A DNA stretch of 64,000 nucleotides from Pedobacter sp. (GTDB lineage: Bacteria > Desulfobacterota > Desulfuromonadia > Desulfuromonadales > Syntrophotaleaceae), in NCBI GenBank assembly GCA_050253415.1, contig JBFWJC010000001.1, positions 840,679 through 904,678 on the forward strand, in the 5' to 3' direction. Shown one piece after another: positions 21,070 through 31,077 of this stretch. Positions within the stretch are counted from its first letter, which is position 1, and every line of letters starts with the position of its first letter. The notes under the pieces were generated by a model. That model was given only the letters and a program-made list of their open reading frames with translations, ran no database searches and was not told where the DNA came from. The position numbers and the translations under genes are program-made.

Positions 21070-21711
21070 ATGAAATGCCTCATTGTCTTCATAGTGCTCT
21101 TTTTGCAGGCACTCTTCGCTTCGGCCCAGGAAAAAACTTTGCTGATAGACGGCTTCGAGGACGGACTGCGTCCGGTGTGGCAGGAGAAAGTTTTCAAAGG
21201 CCGGACCGCATACGGGGTAGTGGGTGACGCAACGGGCAATGTTTTAAGAGCACAGTCCTACGGGGCGGCCTCCGCCCTGATCCTGGAAAAAAAGATCGAC
21301 CTGAAGGAATTCCCCGTAATGTCCTGGCGCTGGAAAGTGGAGAATATTTTGGTCAAGGGAGATGCCAGGAAGAAAACCGGAGACGATTACGCCGCCCGTA
21401 TTTATGTTATTTTTCCTCACTGGTTCTTTCCCAAGACCCGCACTATCAATTATATCTGGGCCAACAAACTGCCGCTTGGAGCGATGGTTCCCAATCCCTT
21501 TACCGCCAATGCCGTGATGATTGCGGTGGAAACCGGGGAAGATCATGTCGGAACGTGGATGTTGGAGAGCCGAAATGTCCAGGCAGACTACCGAGCCGTC
21601 TTCGGTGAAGAACCCCCTCTTGTCGGAGCCATCGCCATTATGACCGACACGGATAACACCGGTGGCGCCGCCGTTGCCTGGTACGATGATCTCCGTTTCC
21701 TGGGGGAGTAG
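21070..21711 (+). CDS. DUF3047-family exported protein
   Basis: Signal peptide; SWRWKV, DDYAARIYV, INYIW, AIMTDTDNT, YDDL. Confidence 0.88.
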   Translation: MKCLIVFIVLFLQALFASAQEKTLLIDGFEDGLRPVWQEKVFKGRTAYGVVGDATGNVLRAQSYGAASALILEKKIDLKEFPVMSWRWKVENILVKGDARKKTGDDYAARIYVIFPHWFFPKTRTINYIWANKLPLGAMVPNPFTANAVMIAVETGEDHVGTWMLESRNVQADYRAVFGEEPPLVGAIAIMTDTDNTGGAAVAWYDDLRFLGE

Positions 21712-21839
21712 GAGGTTCTGATAGCTTCATTCGAATAATTTTATGCTCGCGTAATCCATATTGGTTCACGAGCAGAAGCTAGTGAAGGCTCTGCCATGCA
21801 GGGCCATATTTTCTTGTTATCGCAACAGATATCAAGGCG

Positions 21840-21873
21840 AGGGTGACGGGGTTGGGAGGGTGACGGGGTTGGG
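21840..21873 (+). repeat. Tandem 17-bp G-rich duplication (AGGGTGACGGGGTTGGG)x2
   Basis: Read directly from the sequence. Confidence 0.85.
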
Positions 21874-22525
21874 TCAAGGTATCCCGCTTGACTAATGACA
21901 TTGATGTGATGGCGTTTCCCTCTTCGGTTCTGGCGGGGAAAAATTATCATGAATCAGGAAACCTGGGGGCTTGCGGGGCGGGGGGAATAAGGGACACCCC
22001 TCAACGCACGGGGAGGCTTTAAATCTGTTAGTTTAAATCCATAAAATGAACATCCCCCTTCATGCAAAAGAGCCTGACGTTTTCGCTGAGTTTTTCCTCT
22101 TTTTTAAGGAGGACCTCCGCGCTCATCAGGCTCTTTCCCCCGGTACTCAAGGAATCTGTTTTTCTTTTCCTTAAGGTATGCGCATCGAAAAGATTGTCTT
22201 TTTCGATGTGGGAGCGGGGGTGCATAAGTTCTTCCGGCATGGAGGATTTCACCCTCGCTGCCTCTTTCGTATCAGCATGTCATTTATTTTTCTCGACCTT
22301 GCTGTACTGGAAGAACCTACACTTAGATTTTACTGCTACGGGTGGTGAAATGCAACGTCCTCCCTTTGTTTTTTTGGACGATTCAGGTGTTTGCAGCCGG
22401 TTTCAGGTTGGCATATTTGGAAAAGTCCTGTGTATTCACGATGGTGGGGTTCACGCCCTGCAGGTAAAAAAAACATCGGGATCGAACCGATGTTTTTTTT
22501 ATTTATGAACATCGCCGTTTTGTGG

Positions 22526-24442
22526 TCACACAGTAAGCATTTTCAGGATTTTCTGAAACGGGAATGTTCCCAGGGTACCGAAATCCGGGTGGCGACTGAG
22601 TTTGGCCCGGGTGGAGGCGGGGCTGCTGATGCCGCAAAGGAAGCGGGCCAGTTGACGTGGATGGGCGAGGGCGGAATGGTTTTCTGCACGGAGCCGGTGT
22701 GCGATTTCTCTTTCGGTAGCACCCGGCTCGAGGGGGGCGGTGCGCGGAAGTGATTGCCCTGCTCCGCGTCGGCACCTGCTGCAGTCATTGCAGTCGGAAG
22801 TGGCCTGTTCACCGAAATAATCCAGCAGGTGGCGGCTCAGGCATCTGGTTTGCTCCGCGTAAGCGAGGACCCCCCGCAGGCGGTCGATATTCTGGCACTC
22901 CCGGTCCGCAAAGGTTTGCTGCAGCTCGGCGATGAGTTTATCGGGATCGGAGGGCTGTTGCTGGAGACGGTAGCCGTGACGCAGGCCGGTGACCTGGGTG
23001 GCCAGTTCCCCTTTTTCCTCCAGATAGCCGATGGCGGCTGCAATCCTTGCCCGGGGTTGACCCAGGGCCGTAGCGCTCTCATCCGGATTGAGATGAAGCC
23101 AGGTTCGTCCCGGCTTTGCGGTGGCGAACAGATCTTGTAAAAAGGTTGCGCGCTGGGGATCGAAGTCCGCACATATATCCTCCAGGGGACGGGTCAAGAG
23201 GAGTTTGTAGCTGTCGTAGAACGGTCCGGTGGCGCGCAGCACACCGCTCATTTCCAGGTAGGTGAAGACTGTGGCTATCACCAGGGGGCGGATATCGTAA
23301 CGCCCGGATAGTTCGAATAGGGAGACATCGAAATTTTCATCCTGGCTGAGCAGATGTTCCACCAGGGCAGCCAGGGTTTCAGGAATGGGGGTGTCACCGT
23401 AACTGAAGTTCGCCAGCACCGTCAGATCATCGGCGCAGGCGAGGATTTCGCAGTGGGCGTCTTCGCCGTCGCGCCCGGCGCGCCCTATCTCCTGCATGTA
23501 ATTCTCAAGGGTCTTAGGCAGGTTGTAATGGTAGATGGCGCGGATGTCGGCTTTGTCGATGCCCATGCCAAAGGCGATGGTGGCGACTACCAGCTGTATG
23601 TCACCGGCCATGAAGGCGTCCTGCACGGCCGTGCGGTCTTCGGTTTTCATGCCTGCATGGTAAGCCTGGGCGGTAACCCCTTCGTTGCAAAGAAAGGCCG
23701 CGATCTCTTCGGCGGTTTTCTGCAATGTGACGTAGACGATGCCCGCTTCGGGCGGGCGCTGTCGAATGCTATGCAGCAGCCGTTGGGGGCGCTCAGGAGC
23801 CGGGCAGGGTGAAACGACGAGGTGCAGGTTGGGACGATGAAAGCTGGTGCGGATCTGGTCGTTTTCGGCAATGTTGAAGGCTCTGCGGATGTCGCTGGCG
23901 ACGTTCGGGGTCGCGGTGGCGGTGAGTGCCAGTACCCTCCCGACTTTCAGCTCCTCGGCGAGCCGGGCGATTTTCATGTATTCGGGGCGAAAATTGTGCC
24001 CCCACTCGGAGATGCAGTGGGCTTCATCGATGGCCAGTAATGCGATAGGGCGTCCCTGAAGGCGATTCAGAAACCGTTCGTTGGCTAACCGCTCGGGTGC
24101 GATATAAAGAAGCTTGAGGCTGCCGTTGGCCAGTTGCCGATAGATAGCCTGCGCTTCGGCGGGACCGATACTTGAGTCCAGGCGGGCGGCCATGATACCG
24201 CGCTCTCGCAGCGCGTCGACCTGGTCTTTCATCAGGGCGATGAGTGGCGAGATGACCAGGGTCAAGCCGTCCAGAAGCAAGGCGGGTAGCTGGTAACAGA
24301 GGCTTTTTCCGCCCCCTGTGGGAAAGATCGCCAGGGCAGAGCGTCCGGCCAGAAGGCAGTCGATAACCTCCGCCTGCCCGGGGCGAAACGCGGAAAAGGC
24401 GAAGGTTTCCTGCAGGCAGCGGTGGATGGCTTTTTCGGACAT
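22526..24442 (-). CDS. recQ: RecQ-family ATP-dependent DNA helicase
   Basis: PTGGGKSLCYQLP, IDEAHCISEWGHNFRP, ALTATA, ATIAFGMGIDK, QEIGRAGRDG, Zn-binding C..C..C. Confidence 0.93.
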   Translation of the reverse strand: MSEKAIHRCLQETFAFSAFRPGQAEVIDCLLAGRSALAIFPTGGGKSLCYQLPALLLDGLTLVISPLIALMKDQVDALRERGIMAARLDSSIGPAEAQAIYRQLANGSLKLLYIAPERLANERFLNRLQGRPIALLAIDEAHCISEWGHNFRPEYMKIARLAEELKVGRVLALTATATPNVASDIRRAFNIAENDQIRTSFHRPNLHLVVSPCPAPERPQRLLHSIRQRPPEAGIVYVTLQKTAEEIAAFLCNEGVTAQAYHAGMKTEDRTAVQDAFMAGDIQLVVATIAFGMGIDKADIRAIYHYNLPKTLENYMQEIGRAGRDGEDAHCEILACADDLTVLANFSYGDTPIPETLAALVEHLLSQDENFDVSLFELSGRYDIRPLVIATVFTYLEMSGVLRATGPFYDSYKLLLTRPLEDICADFDPQRATFLQDLFATAKPGRTWLHLNPDESATALGQPRARIAAAIGYLEEKGELATQVTGLRHGYRLQQQPSDPDKLIAELQQTFADRECQNIDRLRGVLAYAEQTRCLSRHLLDYFGEQATSDCNDCSRCRRGAGQSLPRTAPLEPGATEREIAHRLRAENHSALAHPRQLARFLCGISSPASTRAKLSRHPDFGTLGTFPFQKILKMLTV

Positions 24443-24524
24443 GTCTTCCTCCGATCCGGATTGTAGAGCAGATTTGGCAAAATAATTATTTATTTATAAC
24501 ATTTAATTATTTTATGCCAAAGCC

Positions 24525-24557
24525 AAAAACCAACGGCCTCCCTCAGGAAGCCGTTGG
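24525..24557 (-). terminator. Intrinsic terminator after the methyltransferase gene
   Basis: CCAACGGC...GCCGTTGG stem with a T run on the minus strand. Confidence 0.55.
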
Positions 24558-24594
24558 CTAGCTTTTAAGTGCGGCCAGCAACCGGGACTCGGGG

Positions 24595-25440
24595 TTACTT
24601 GTAAGCAGTGATCCCCATGAGCTCAGGCACTTTTATCACTTTGGTGAAGCCGGCCAGCTTAAGCCGTTTAGCAGCATTATCCATAAAACTGGAGCCGCGT
24701 TTAAGCATCTGTGGGTTGCCGGTGTAGTGAAACAGAGCTCCGCGCTTTTTGAGCACACGGTGGATTTCTCGGTAGAATTGTTCGCCGTAAAGTTCCCCTG
24801 CCAGGGAAAATCGCGGAGGGTCATGAATGACCGCGTCAAACGATTCGCTTGCAAGGTCCCTGATATATGTGTCGATGTCGGCATGCACCAACTGGATATT
24901 TGCACCAAAAATCCTCTGCGACCAGGGATTTTTTTGGCGCAGCGCCATGACCGTGGCACTCTTTTCGACCGAAATGACTTCGCTTGCGCCGAGCTTTAAC
25001 GCTGCCGAAGCGGCATAGCCTAGACCGCTGCAGGTATCCAGCACCCGGGCTCCCTTACGCACGACTTGCGCCGCCATCTGGCTGGCACTCTCAAACGGGT
25101 TGATCCCCTTTGAAATGTGCATTTTGACCCCGCTTATTTCCAGCAGCGGCGCCTGCTCTGTGGGTACGAGCTTGTAATAACCATCGCCCCGGACCTCAAG
25201 CATCTCGAGCTGTCCGTGTTCGAGGTAGAAAATTCTCTGCTCCTTATCTGCAATCCGCTGCAGTTCCTCCATGCCCAGCCGGTTGTGGGCATCCAGGATA
25301 AGTTCCTGGTTGCAGAGGACAAAAGTATTGCGGGACAGGTTCAGGTCGACGGAAATGTCGATGCTGTTTTCGCCTTTGGCCATTGCGTCAAGGACCTGTC
25401 TGGCAATCGCCGCATGCATACAATAACCGCTTTGGTTCAT
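24595..25440 (-). CDS. Class I SAM-dependent methyltransferase
   Basis: VLDTCSGLGY, VEKS, FDAVIHDPPRF, LFHYTG. Confidence 0.88.
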   Translation of the reverse strand: MNQSGYCMHAAIARQVLDAMAKGENSIDISVDLNLSRNTFVLCNQELILDAHNRLGMEELQRIADKEQRIFYLEHGQLEMLEVRGDGYYKLVPTEQAPLLEISGVKMHISKGINPFESASQMAAQVVRKGARVLDTCSGLGYAASAALKLGASEVISVEKSATVMALRQKNPWSQRIFGANIQLVHADIDTYIRDLASESFDAVIHDPPRFSLAGELYGEQFYREIHRVLKKRGALFHYTGNPQMLKRGSSFMDNAAKRLKLAGFTKVIKVPELMGITAYK

Positions 25441-25609
25441 GATACTCCCGGGGTTTTGAAGTGGACATTTATGCAGAATTTTATTCCTGTCGTCGATCAT
25501 ACCACTTCATGCGGAAACCTGCCCGTGGATTCTTTTCATGATCACAGGGCAGGTTTAAACAGCCGCTTCACCCGGTGGTGTATTTAGATAAAACGCCAGG
25601 CTCGGGGAT

Positions 25610-25810
25610 CGGTTGGTTGTATTCGCGATCCGTCTACAGGTCCCATCCCCGAATGTTTTTGGCATCGAGGCGAACGGCCAGGACCTTGTTGCCGGTGCGT
25701 ATTTAGATACAGAAAGGTTCCTTGAACGTATGGGGGAGGGACGACGAGTCGCTTCCGTTTCGTTATCGTACCGTCGATGTAATGAGGCAGACCGCAGGTT
25801 GAAAAAAGGG
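25610..25810 (-). pseudogene. Relic fragment of a CoA-disulfide-reductase-type gene
   Basis: FSTCGLPHYIDGTITKRKRLVV, then a frameshift, then TFKEPFCI*IRTGNKVLAVRLDAKNIRGWDL*TDREY. This aligns by eye to YANCGLPYYIGDEIKERERLVV...IEVRTSNEVLAINPGSKSIKAKDLKTGREY of the 28529-30994 protein. Confidence 0.8.
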
Positions 25811-25844
25811 GACAGGCTACCATATAAAAGTGGCCTGTCCCTTT
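25802..25844 (-). terminator. Intrinsic terminator of the oxidoreductase-channel-thioredoxin operon
   Basis: GGGACAGGCTAC...GTGGCCTGTCCC stem with T6 on the minus strand. Confidence 0.65.
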
Positions 25845-25894
25845 AAACGATCTTGAGTATTGCGAGTGAAAAGGGAAACAGCGCTTTTAGAGCG

Positions 25895-26473
25895 CTACTT
25901 CTTTTCAAAATCGGAAAAAACAGTAGTTTTATAATAGCCTTCGCTTACAAACCTCAATAATTCCCGGAATCGATTCGTGGGAATATATCCTTTTACGTCA
26001 ATGATCGGTTTGCCGTGAATATCCAGAAACAAGGATGTGGGAGTGTAGTAGATCCGAAAGTCTTCTTTAAGCTTTTTTTCCTGGCTGATGTCGACCTCCA
26101 CCAGAAGAAACCGCTCGTTCAGGATAGAGATAATCTCCTTATTCTGAAAAACCTTGCGTTTCATCTCTGTGCATTGGTAACACCAGGGAGTGGTAAAAAA
26201 GATAAACAGGGGCCGTTGGGTTTCTTTGCCTTTTTGCAGAGCGGTCGCATAATCGAAAGAATTCAATTTGTCGGCAGCGCATAGGCCCGCCGGACATCCT
26301 AACCAGAAACAGGCTACCAACGCGATGCACACCGGAAGGAAGCAACCCCATCTTCCCTTCCGCCTGGCCGCTAAACATAAAGAGAGCTTTTCAAGGAAGC
26401 ATCCCGACCGAGTCGGGATGCTCGCATTTCCTTTTAAAAAAGCCATGCTTTTGTTGGAACATATGGCGTTCAT
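25895..26473 (-). CDS. Exported thioredoxin-fold protein (SoxW-like), CYQC
   Basis: FTTPWCYQC, TPT..F, GY.P...F; signal-like hydrophobic segment. True start is uncertain. Confidence 0.85.
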   Translation of the reverse strand: MNAICSNKSMAFLKGNASIPTRSGCFLEKLSLCLAARRKGRWGCFLPVCIALVACFWLGCPAGLCAADKLNSFDYATALQKGKETQRPLFIFFTTPWCYQCTEMKRKVFQNKEIISILNERFLLVEVDISQEKKLKEDFRIYYTPTSLFLDIHGKPIIDVKGYIPTNRFRELLRFVSEGYYKTTVFSDFEKK

Positions 26474-26477
26474 AGGA

Positions 26478-26954
26478 TCAGGGCCGACGCTTTTCGTAAG
26501 CGTCGAAGTTCATGGTCTTATATTTTTCCTTCGCCACATACTCCAGCATACGTTCAAAGCGCGACTTCGGTATCACATCTTTTTCCCGCAACGCCGTCGA
26601 TCCGTCGGGAGCGATAAAGACATGTGTGGGTGTGTAATCAACCTTGAACAGCTTTGCCGTCGGCTTTTCTTTGTCCAGATCAACGATGACGGGAATAAAA
26701 TGTTGGTTGATGAAATTTATGACTTTAGGATCTTCGTAAACCTTGCGTTCCATGTTCTTGCACCGGTAGCAATACGACAGATGGAAAAAAAGGAGCATGG
26801 GCTTTTTGAGCTCCTGCTGCTTTTCCAGCCCCTGTTCATAGGTCAGCCAATGCACGCCCTGTTCGTTATGTTCACCAGCCATGGCCGGAGCCACAAAATG
26901 TGTCAGCGTCACGACGGCTGCCAGAGCGATAAGTGTGAGCTTAAAACCTTTCAT
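26478..26954 (-). CDS. Exported thioredoxin-fold protein (SoxW-like), CYRC
   Basis: Signal peptide; V.W..YEQGL, YCYRCKNM, YTPT; GGAGGAG RBS. Confidence 0.9.
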   Translation of the reverse strand: MKGFKLTLIALAAVVTLTHFVAPAMAGEHNEQGVHWLTYEQGLEKQQELKKPMLLFFHLSYCYRCKNMERKVYEDPKVINFINQHFIPVIVDLDKEKPTAKLFKVDYTPTHVFIAPDGSTALREKDVIPKSRFERMLEYVAKEKYKTMNFDAYEKRRP

Positions 26955-26986
26955 GGTCTCCTCCATTATGCGCGGTTCCTGGTTTC

Positions 26987-28251
26987 TTAGAAACGGTAGC
27001 TCGCCATAAAACTGAACGTATCCATGGTATGGGACACTTTGGAGCCGTAAAACGGATTCGTCTCATCCATAGCGCCGTCGTTGGTTTCGGTATTCGTGAA
27101 GGCATGTTCGTAAGCGAAATCGAAGTCCCAATTCGTCCAGGTATAGGTAAATCCTGCGGTGGCGTGGTGTTCGACAAGGGCTGGGAAAATCGGGCTCAGA
27201 TTGACATTGGTGACCGGAGTGTTGCCGTAATTATAACCCGCGCGGATTTTGAAGGATTCGGTCAATTCGTACTCGGCTCCGATGGCGATCACGTATTGAT
27301 CGTCCCAGTCCATCTCAAAGGGGATCTTCAATTTTTCATACCCTGGCGGCACTGGACCGTTGGGGTTGCTGGCTGTAACCGTAACCGTCTTGATGGCGGA
27401 GCTCCAGTTGATCCAGCTCAGGTCCATAGCAAGCAGCAGTTTGGGGGTAGCCCGGTAGGCTGCACCCACTTCCACCTGTCGGGGCCAGGTAAAACCATCC
27501 ATCTTCACGTCATTGTATTTTACCTTACCCATGGGACCGAAATTTTGCGTGAGCACGCCGTCATCAAAATCGATAGAGCTTTCAGACGTGTACGTGGCGC
27601 CCACCGACCATTTGTCGTTGATCTGATAGTTGAGGCCGAAGCGTCCCGAGAAGGTATAGCTGGTCAGATCTTTCACCGTGTGCCCAATGGTGTTGGGGAA
27701 AAAGTCATACTTAAGGGTGGCATAGCCTGCGAACAAGCTTGCTCCCATAGTTAACTTATCGGTGACGTTATACGCTACGGTAGGTGAAAGTCTGACGAAT
27801 CCGACCTCGGACATGAGGTCGTCCTTCATGCCCGGGTAGGCCATCGTGTTAACTTCAACGTCCTTAAAATCGACGCCCATGCCGCCCTGCGCGAAGACGC
27901 CGACACCTGCGGACCAGCGGCTGGTCCCGATGCGCTGGGCGTAACCGATGAAAGGAACCGGAAAGACCTGAAATTCATTGTCTACGTTGTTTCCGCCGGC
28001 AGGCGTGTCTTCCATGTCAGGAAAAAGAAACGACCCGCCCACGGAAATGACGCGATTACAGGTTGTCGCCAACTGCGCCGGATTCCCCGCAATGGCCGTG
28101 CAACCCGCGGGAACCGCCACATCCGCGCCGCCCATGCCGGCAGAGACTGCGCCCGTCCCGATCATGTTCATGCCGTTGGTCGCCCACCCGGTCAGTGGTG
28201 AAAAAACATCATGGTTACGACGATTAAACCCGGAATAATCCTCTTTTTCAT
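26987..28251 (-). CDS. FadL/TodX/OmpP1-family outer-membrane channel, frameshifted in the signal peptide as sequenced
   Basis: Mature N-terminus TNGMNMIG.G..SAGMGGA..A....AI..NPA, beta-barrel pattern, C-terminal YRF. The ATG at 28251 (MKKRIIPGLIVVTMMFF) is out of frame by one base at the T6 tract 28201-28206. Confidence 0.85.
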
Positions 28252-28528
28252 ACCCCCCCCATTACTCTTAGATATGGATAACTCCAGACTAGCAGAAGCA
28301 GTCTGTTAGTCCAGAGCCTGTGGATTTCTCTCTTCTATCCCGGGACGAGCCTGTTCGACATGAAATACGTAGCCTGTTGTCCTCCGGCAGTTATGATTCC
28401 TGGGACCTTATTAATGCCGGAGATTGAACATCTTTCGATTTGCACAAGCGACGGTTTCTTCGCGCCCGGTTGGAACACCAGCCATAGAAAATAACCGGGT
28501 GAACACAAATGGTTCACCCGGTGCGATT

Positions 28529-30994
28529 TTAAATAAACAAATTGTTGTCGGAGTGTTCCGAGGCTTCAAGATAGGCGGCTACTCCGCCGATTTGAACGCC
28601 GTCAATAAGCTCCTCTTTGCGGATACCCATCAGGTCCATGGACATCTGACAAGCTACAATGTTCACACCGCCTTTGATGGCCATGGTCATCATGTCTTCA
28701 AGGGCCGGGACATTGTGGTGTTTCATGATGCCGCGAATCATCTTGCCGCCCATGCCGCCCATGTTCATGTTGGACAGAGGCAGTTTGACGGAGCCGCGGG
28801 GCATCATCCAGCCGAAGGCCTTTTCGATGATGTTTTTGCGGAGGCCTTTTACCTTGCTCGGTTTGCGCAGGGCATTGAGGCCCCAGAAAGTGAAGAAAAG
28901 GGTTACTTTGCGTCCCATAGCCAGGGAGCCGTTGGCGATGATAAAGCTGGCGATGACTTTGTCCAGGTTGCCCGAAAAGACGATGATGGTTTTGTCGTTG
29001 CCGGCGGTCGCAGGGACTGCCTCGGGCGACAGGCCTGCCTTCTCGATAACTGCTTTGACGATACCTTTTTGCACGGAAATGTCCCGCACCACATTGCCGG
29101 TGCTTCGCGCCCATGCCGGTGCATCGCTATAAAAGCCCGGGTCGCTGGCGGTAATCGACAGCGCTTCGCCCGGCTGCAGGACATCCATTTCCTGCTTGAG
29201 TCGCATTACCGGGCCGGGGCATTGCAGTCCGCAGGCGTTCACTTCAACAATTTTCGAGGGGGCCGCGCTGGGCGATTTCACCATGGGAATAACCTTATGT
29301 TCGGGTTGTGCTGCCGGCGCCGTTTTGGTCGCCTTGTGCTTGGTTGTCGCTACAAGATAGGTTTCGTAGCCGCCGGACAGGTTGAAGACATTATCAAAGC
29401 CATTGGACGCCAGTACGCGTGCCGCCTGGTAGGCGATGAGACCTACGCGACAGTAGAGAACGATTTTCTTGTCGCGGGGGAGCTCGCCAAGCCGGTTACG
29501 CAGCTCGGCTTGCGGGATGTTGACCGACCCGGGCATGACGCCGCTGGCGCACTCCGCCGGAGTTCGCACATCGAGAAAGAAGAACTCGGAAGGAGACGCG
29601 CTCACGAGATCGGTCCACTTCACGGTTTTGATCAGTCCGTCAAGGACGTTCTGGGCCACGAAGCCGGCCATGTTGACCGGGTCTTTGGCCGAGGAATAGG
29701 GCGGCGCGTAGGCGTGTTCGATCTCGGTCAGATCATCGACCGTCATGTTTCCTTTTATGGCCGTGGCGATAACGTCGATGCGTTTGTCGACACCGCTATA
29801 GCCGGTACCCTGGGCTCCAAGCACCTTGCGGGTGTCCGGCGAGAAGAGCAGCTTGAGGCACATCTTCATCGCTCCGGGATAGTAACCGGCGTAGTCATTG
29901 GGGTGGATGATGACCGAATCAAAGGGGATGTCGTGGGCCAGACAGAGTTTTTCCGAGGCGCCGGTCATGCCGATGGTGAGATCGAAAATCTTGGCGATGG
30001 CGGTTCCCATGGTGCCGTTGTAGGTACGAGGTTTTGCGCCGTGCATGTTGTCGGCGGCAATACGACCCTGCTTGTTGGCGGGACCGGCCAGCGGGATAGC
30101 TGTTTGTTTCCCGGTCAAGGGGTGCAGTACTTCAATGACGTCACCCGCGGCATAAATATCTTTCTGGTTGGTTCTGAGGGCGTCATCCACCAGGATATGG
30201 CCGCGTTTACCCAGTTCAATGCCGGAACCGGCGATAAACGCAGTGTTCGGTTTAACCCCGATGGAAAGCAAAACGAGATCCGCTTCTATCGTCTTGCCGC
30301 TGGAAAGCTTGGCGACCACACCGCCGTTGGCTCCGGGGGTGAATTCGCTGACGCCATCTTCCAGTTGCAGATCGACACCGTGCATGGCCACTTCGCGGTG
30401 CACCATGGAGGCTATCTCAAAGTCGACGACGTTCATGGCCTGTTTGGCCATTTCCACAACCGTCACATCGATATCGCGGTATTTAAGGTTTTCCGCCATC
30501 TCCAGGCCGATGAAGCCTGCACCTACGACCAGGGCTTTTTTGACCTTGCCCTCGTCGACCATGGCGCGGATCGTATCCGTGTCGGGGATGGTCCAGAGGG
30601 TGTGAATGGCCGGATGGTCGCTGCCGGGGATGGGCGGTTTTACCGGTGAGCCGCCGGGCGCGAGAAGCAGTTTGTCGTACGTCTCATCGTACTCACGGCC
30701 GGTCTTGAGATCCTTGGCCTTGATGCTTTTGGACCCGGGGTTAATGGCCAGCACCTCGTTGCTGGTGCGTACTTCGATATCCATAAGCTCCCTGAGTGCT
30801 TCGGGGGTTTGGACAACGAGCCGTTCCCGTTCCTTTATCTCATCGCCGATGTAATAGGGCAGGCCGCAGTTTGCGTAAGAAACGTACTCCCCTCTCTCGA
30901 ATACGATGATTTTCGCGGTTTCGTCCAGACGTCTAAGGCGGGCTGCCGCGGACATGCCTGCCGCAACGCCACCAACGATGAGATATTTTGCCAT
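28529..30994 (-). CDS. FAD-dependent CoA-disulfide/persulfide reductase fused to rhodanese, TusA(SirA) and DsrE-like domains
   Basis: GGVAAG, SYANCGLPY, GAGFIGLE, YAPPYS; rhodanese DVRT...LYCRVG; TusA ACGLQCPGP; DsrE2 FFTFWGL...ACQMSMDLMG. Confidence 0.93.
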   Translation of the reverse strand: MAKYLIVGGVAAGMSAAARLRRLDETAKIIVFERGEYVSYANCGLPYYIGDEIKERERLVVQTPEALRELMDIEVRTSNEVLAINPGSKSIKAKDLKTGREYDETYDKLLLAPGGSPVKPPIPGSDHPAIHTLWTIPDTDTIRAMVDEGKVKKALVVGAGFIGLEMAENLKYRDIDVTVVEMAKQAMNVVDFEIASMVHREVAMHGVDLQLEDGVSEFTPGANGGVVAKLSSGKTIEADLVLLSIGVKPNTAFIAGSGIELGKRGHILVDDALRTNQKDIYAAGDVIEVLHPLTGKQTAIPLAGPANKQGRIAADNMHGAKPRTYNGTMGTAIAKIFDLTIGMTGASEKLCLAHDIPFDSVIIHPNDYAGYYPGAMKMCLKLLFSPDTRKVLGAQGTGYSGVDKRIDVIATAIKGNMTVDDLTEIEHAYAPPYSSAKDPVNMAGFVAQNVLDGLIKTVKWTDLVSASPSEFFFLDVRTPAECASGVMPGSVNIPQAELRNRLGELPRDKKIVLYCRVGLIAYQAARVLASNGFDNVFNLSGGYETYLVATTKHKATKTAPAAQPEHKVIPMVKSPSAAPSKIVEVNACGLQCPGPVMRLKQEMDVLQPGEALSITASDPGFYSDAPAWARSTGNVVRDISVQKGIVKAVIEKAGLSPEAVPATAGNDKTIIVFSGNLDKVIASFIIANGSLAMGRKVTLFFTFWGLNALRKPSKVKGLRKNIIEKAFGWMMPRGSVKLPLSNMNMGGMGGKMIRGIMKHHNVPALEDMMTMAIKGGVNIVACQMSMDLMGIRKEELIDGVQIGGVAAYLEASEHSDNNLFI

Positions 30995-31077
30995 TACAGC
31001 CTCCAAGTAAGGGTGTTAAATGGGTCGAGTATTAATCAGATCCAAGCCTGTTTTTTGAACCCAGTCAATTTCACAAT

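Noticed and set aside
22028..22365. Possible degraded gene on the - strand with a GGAGG RBS
   Set aside because: Interrupted by stops and a frameshift, with no recognisable family.
28424..30649. 741-aa ORF on the + strand
   Set aside because: Antisense shadow of the CoADR fusion gene, caused by GC-rich codon bias; no motifs.
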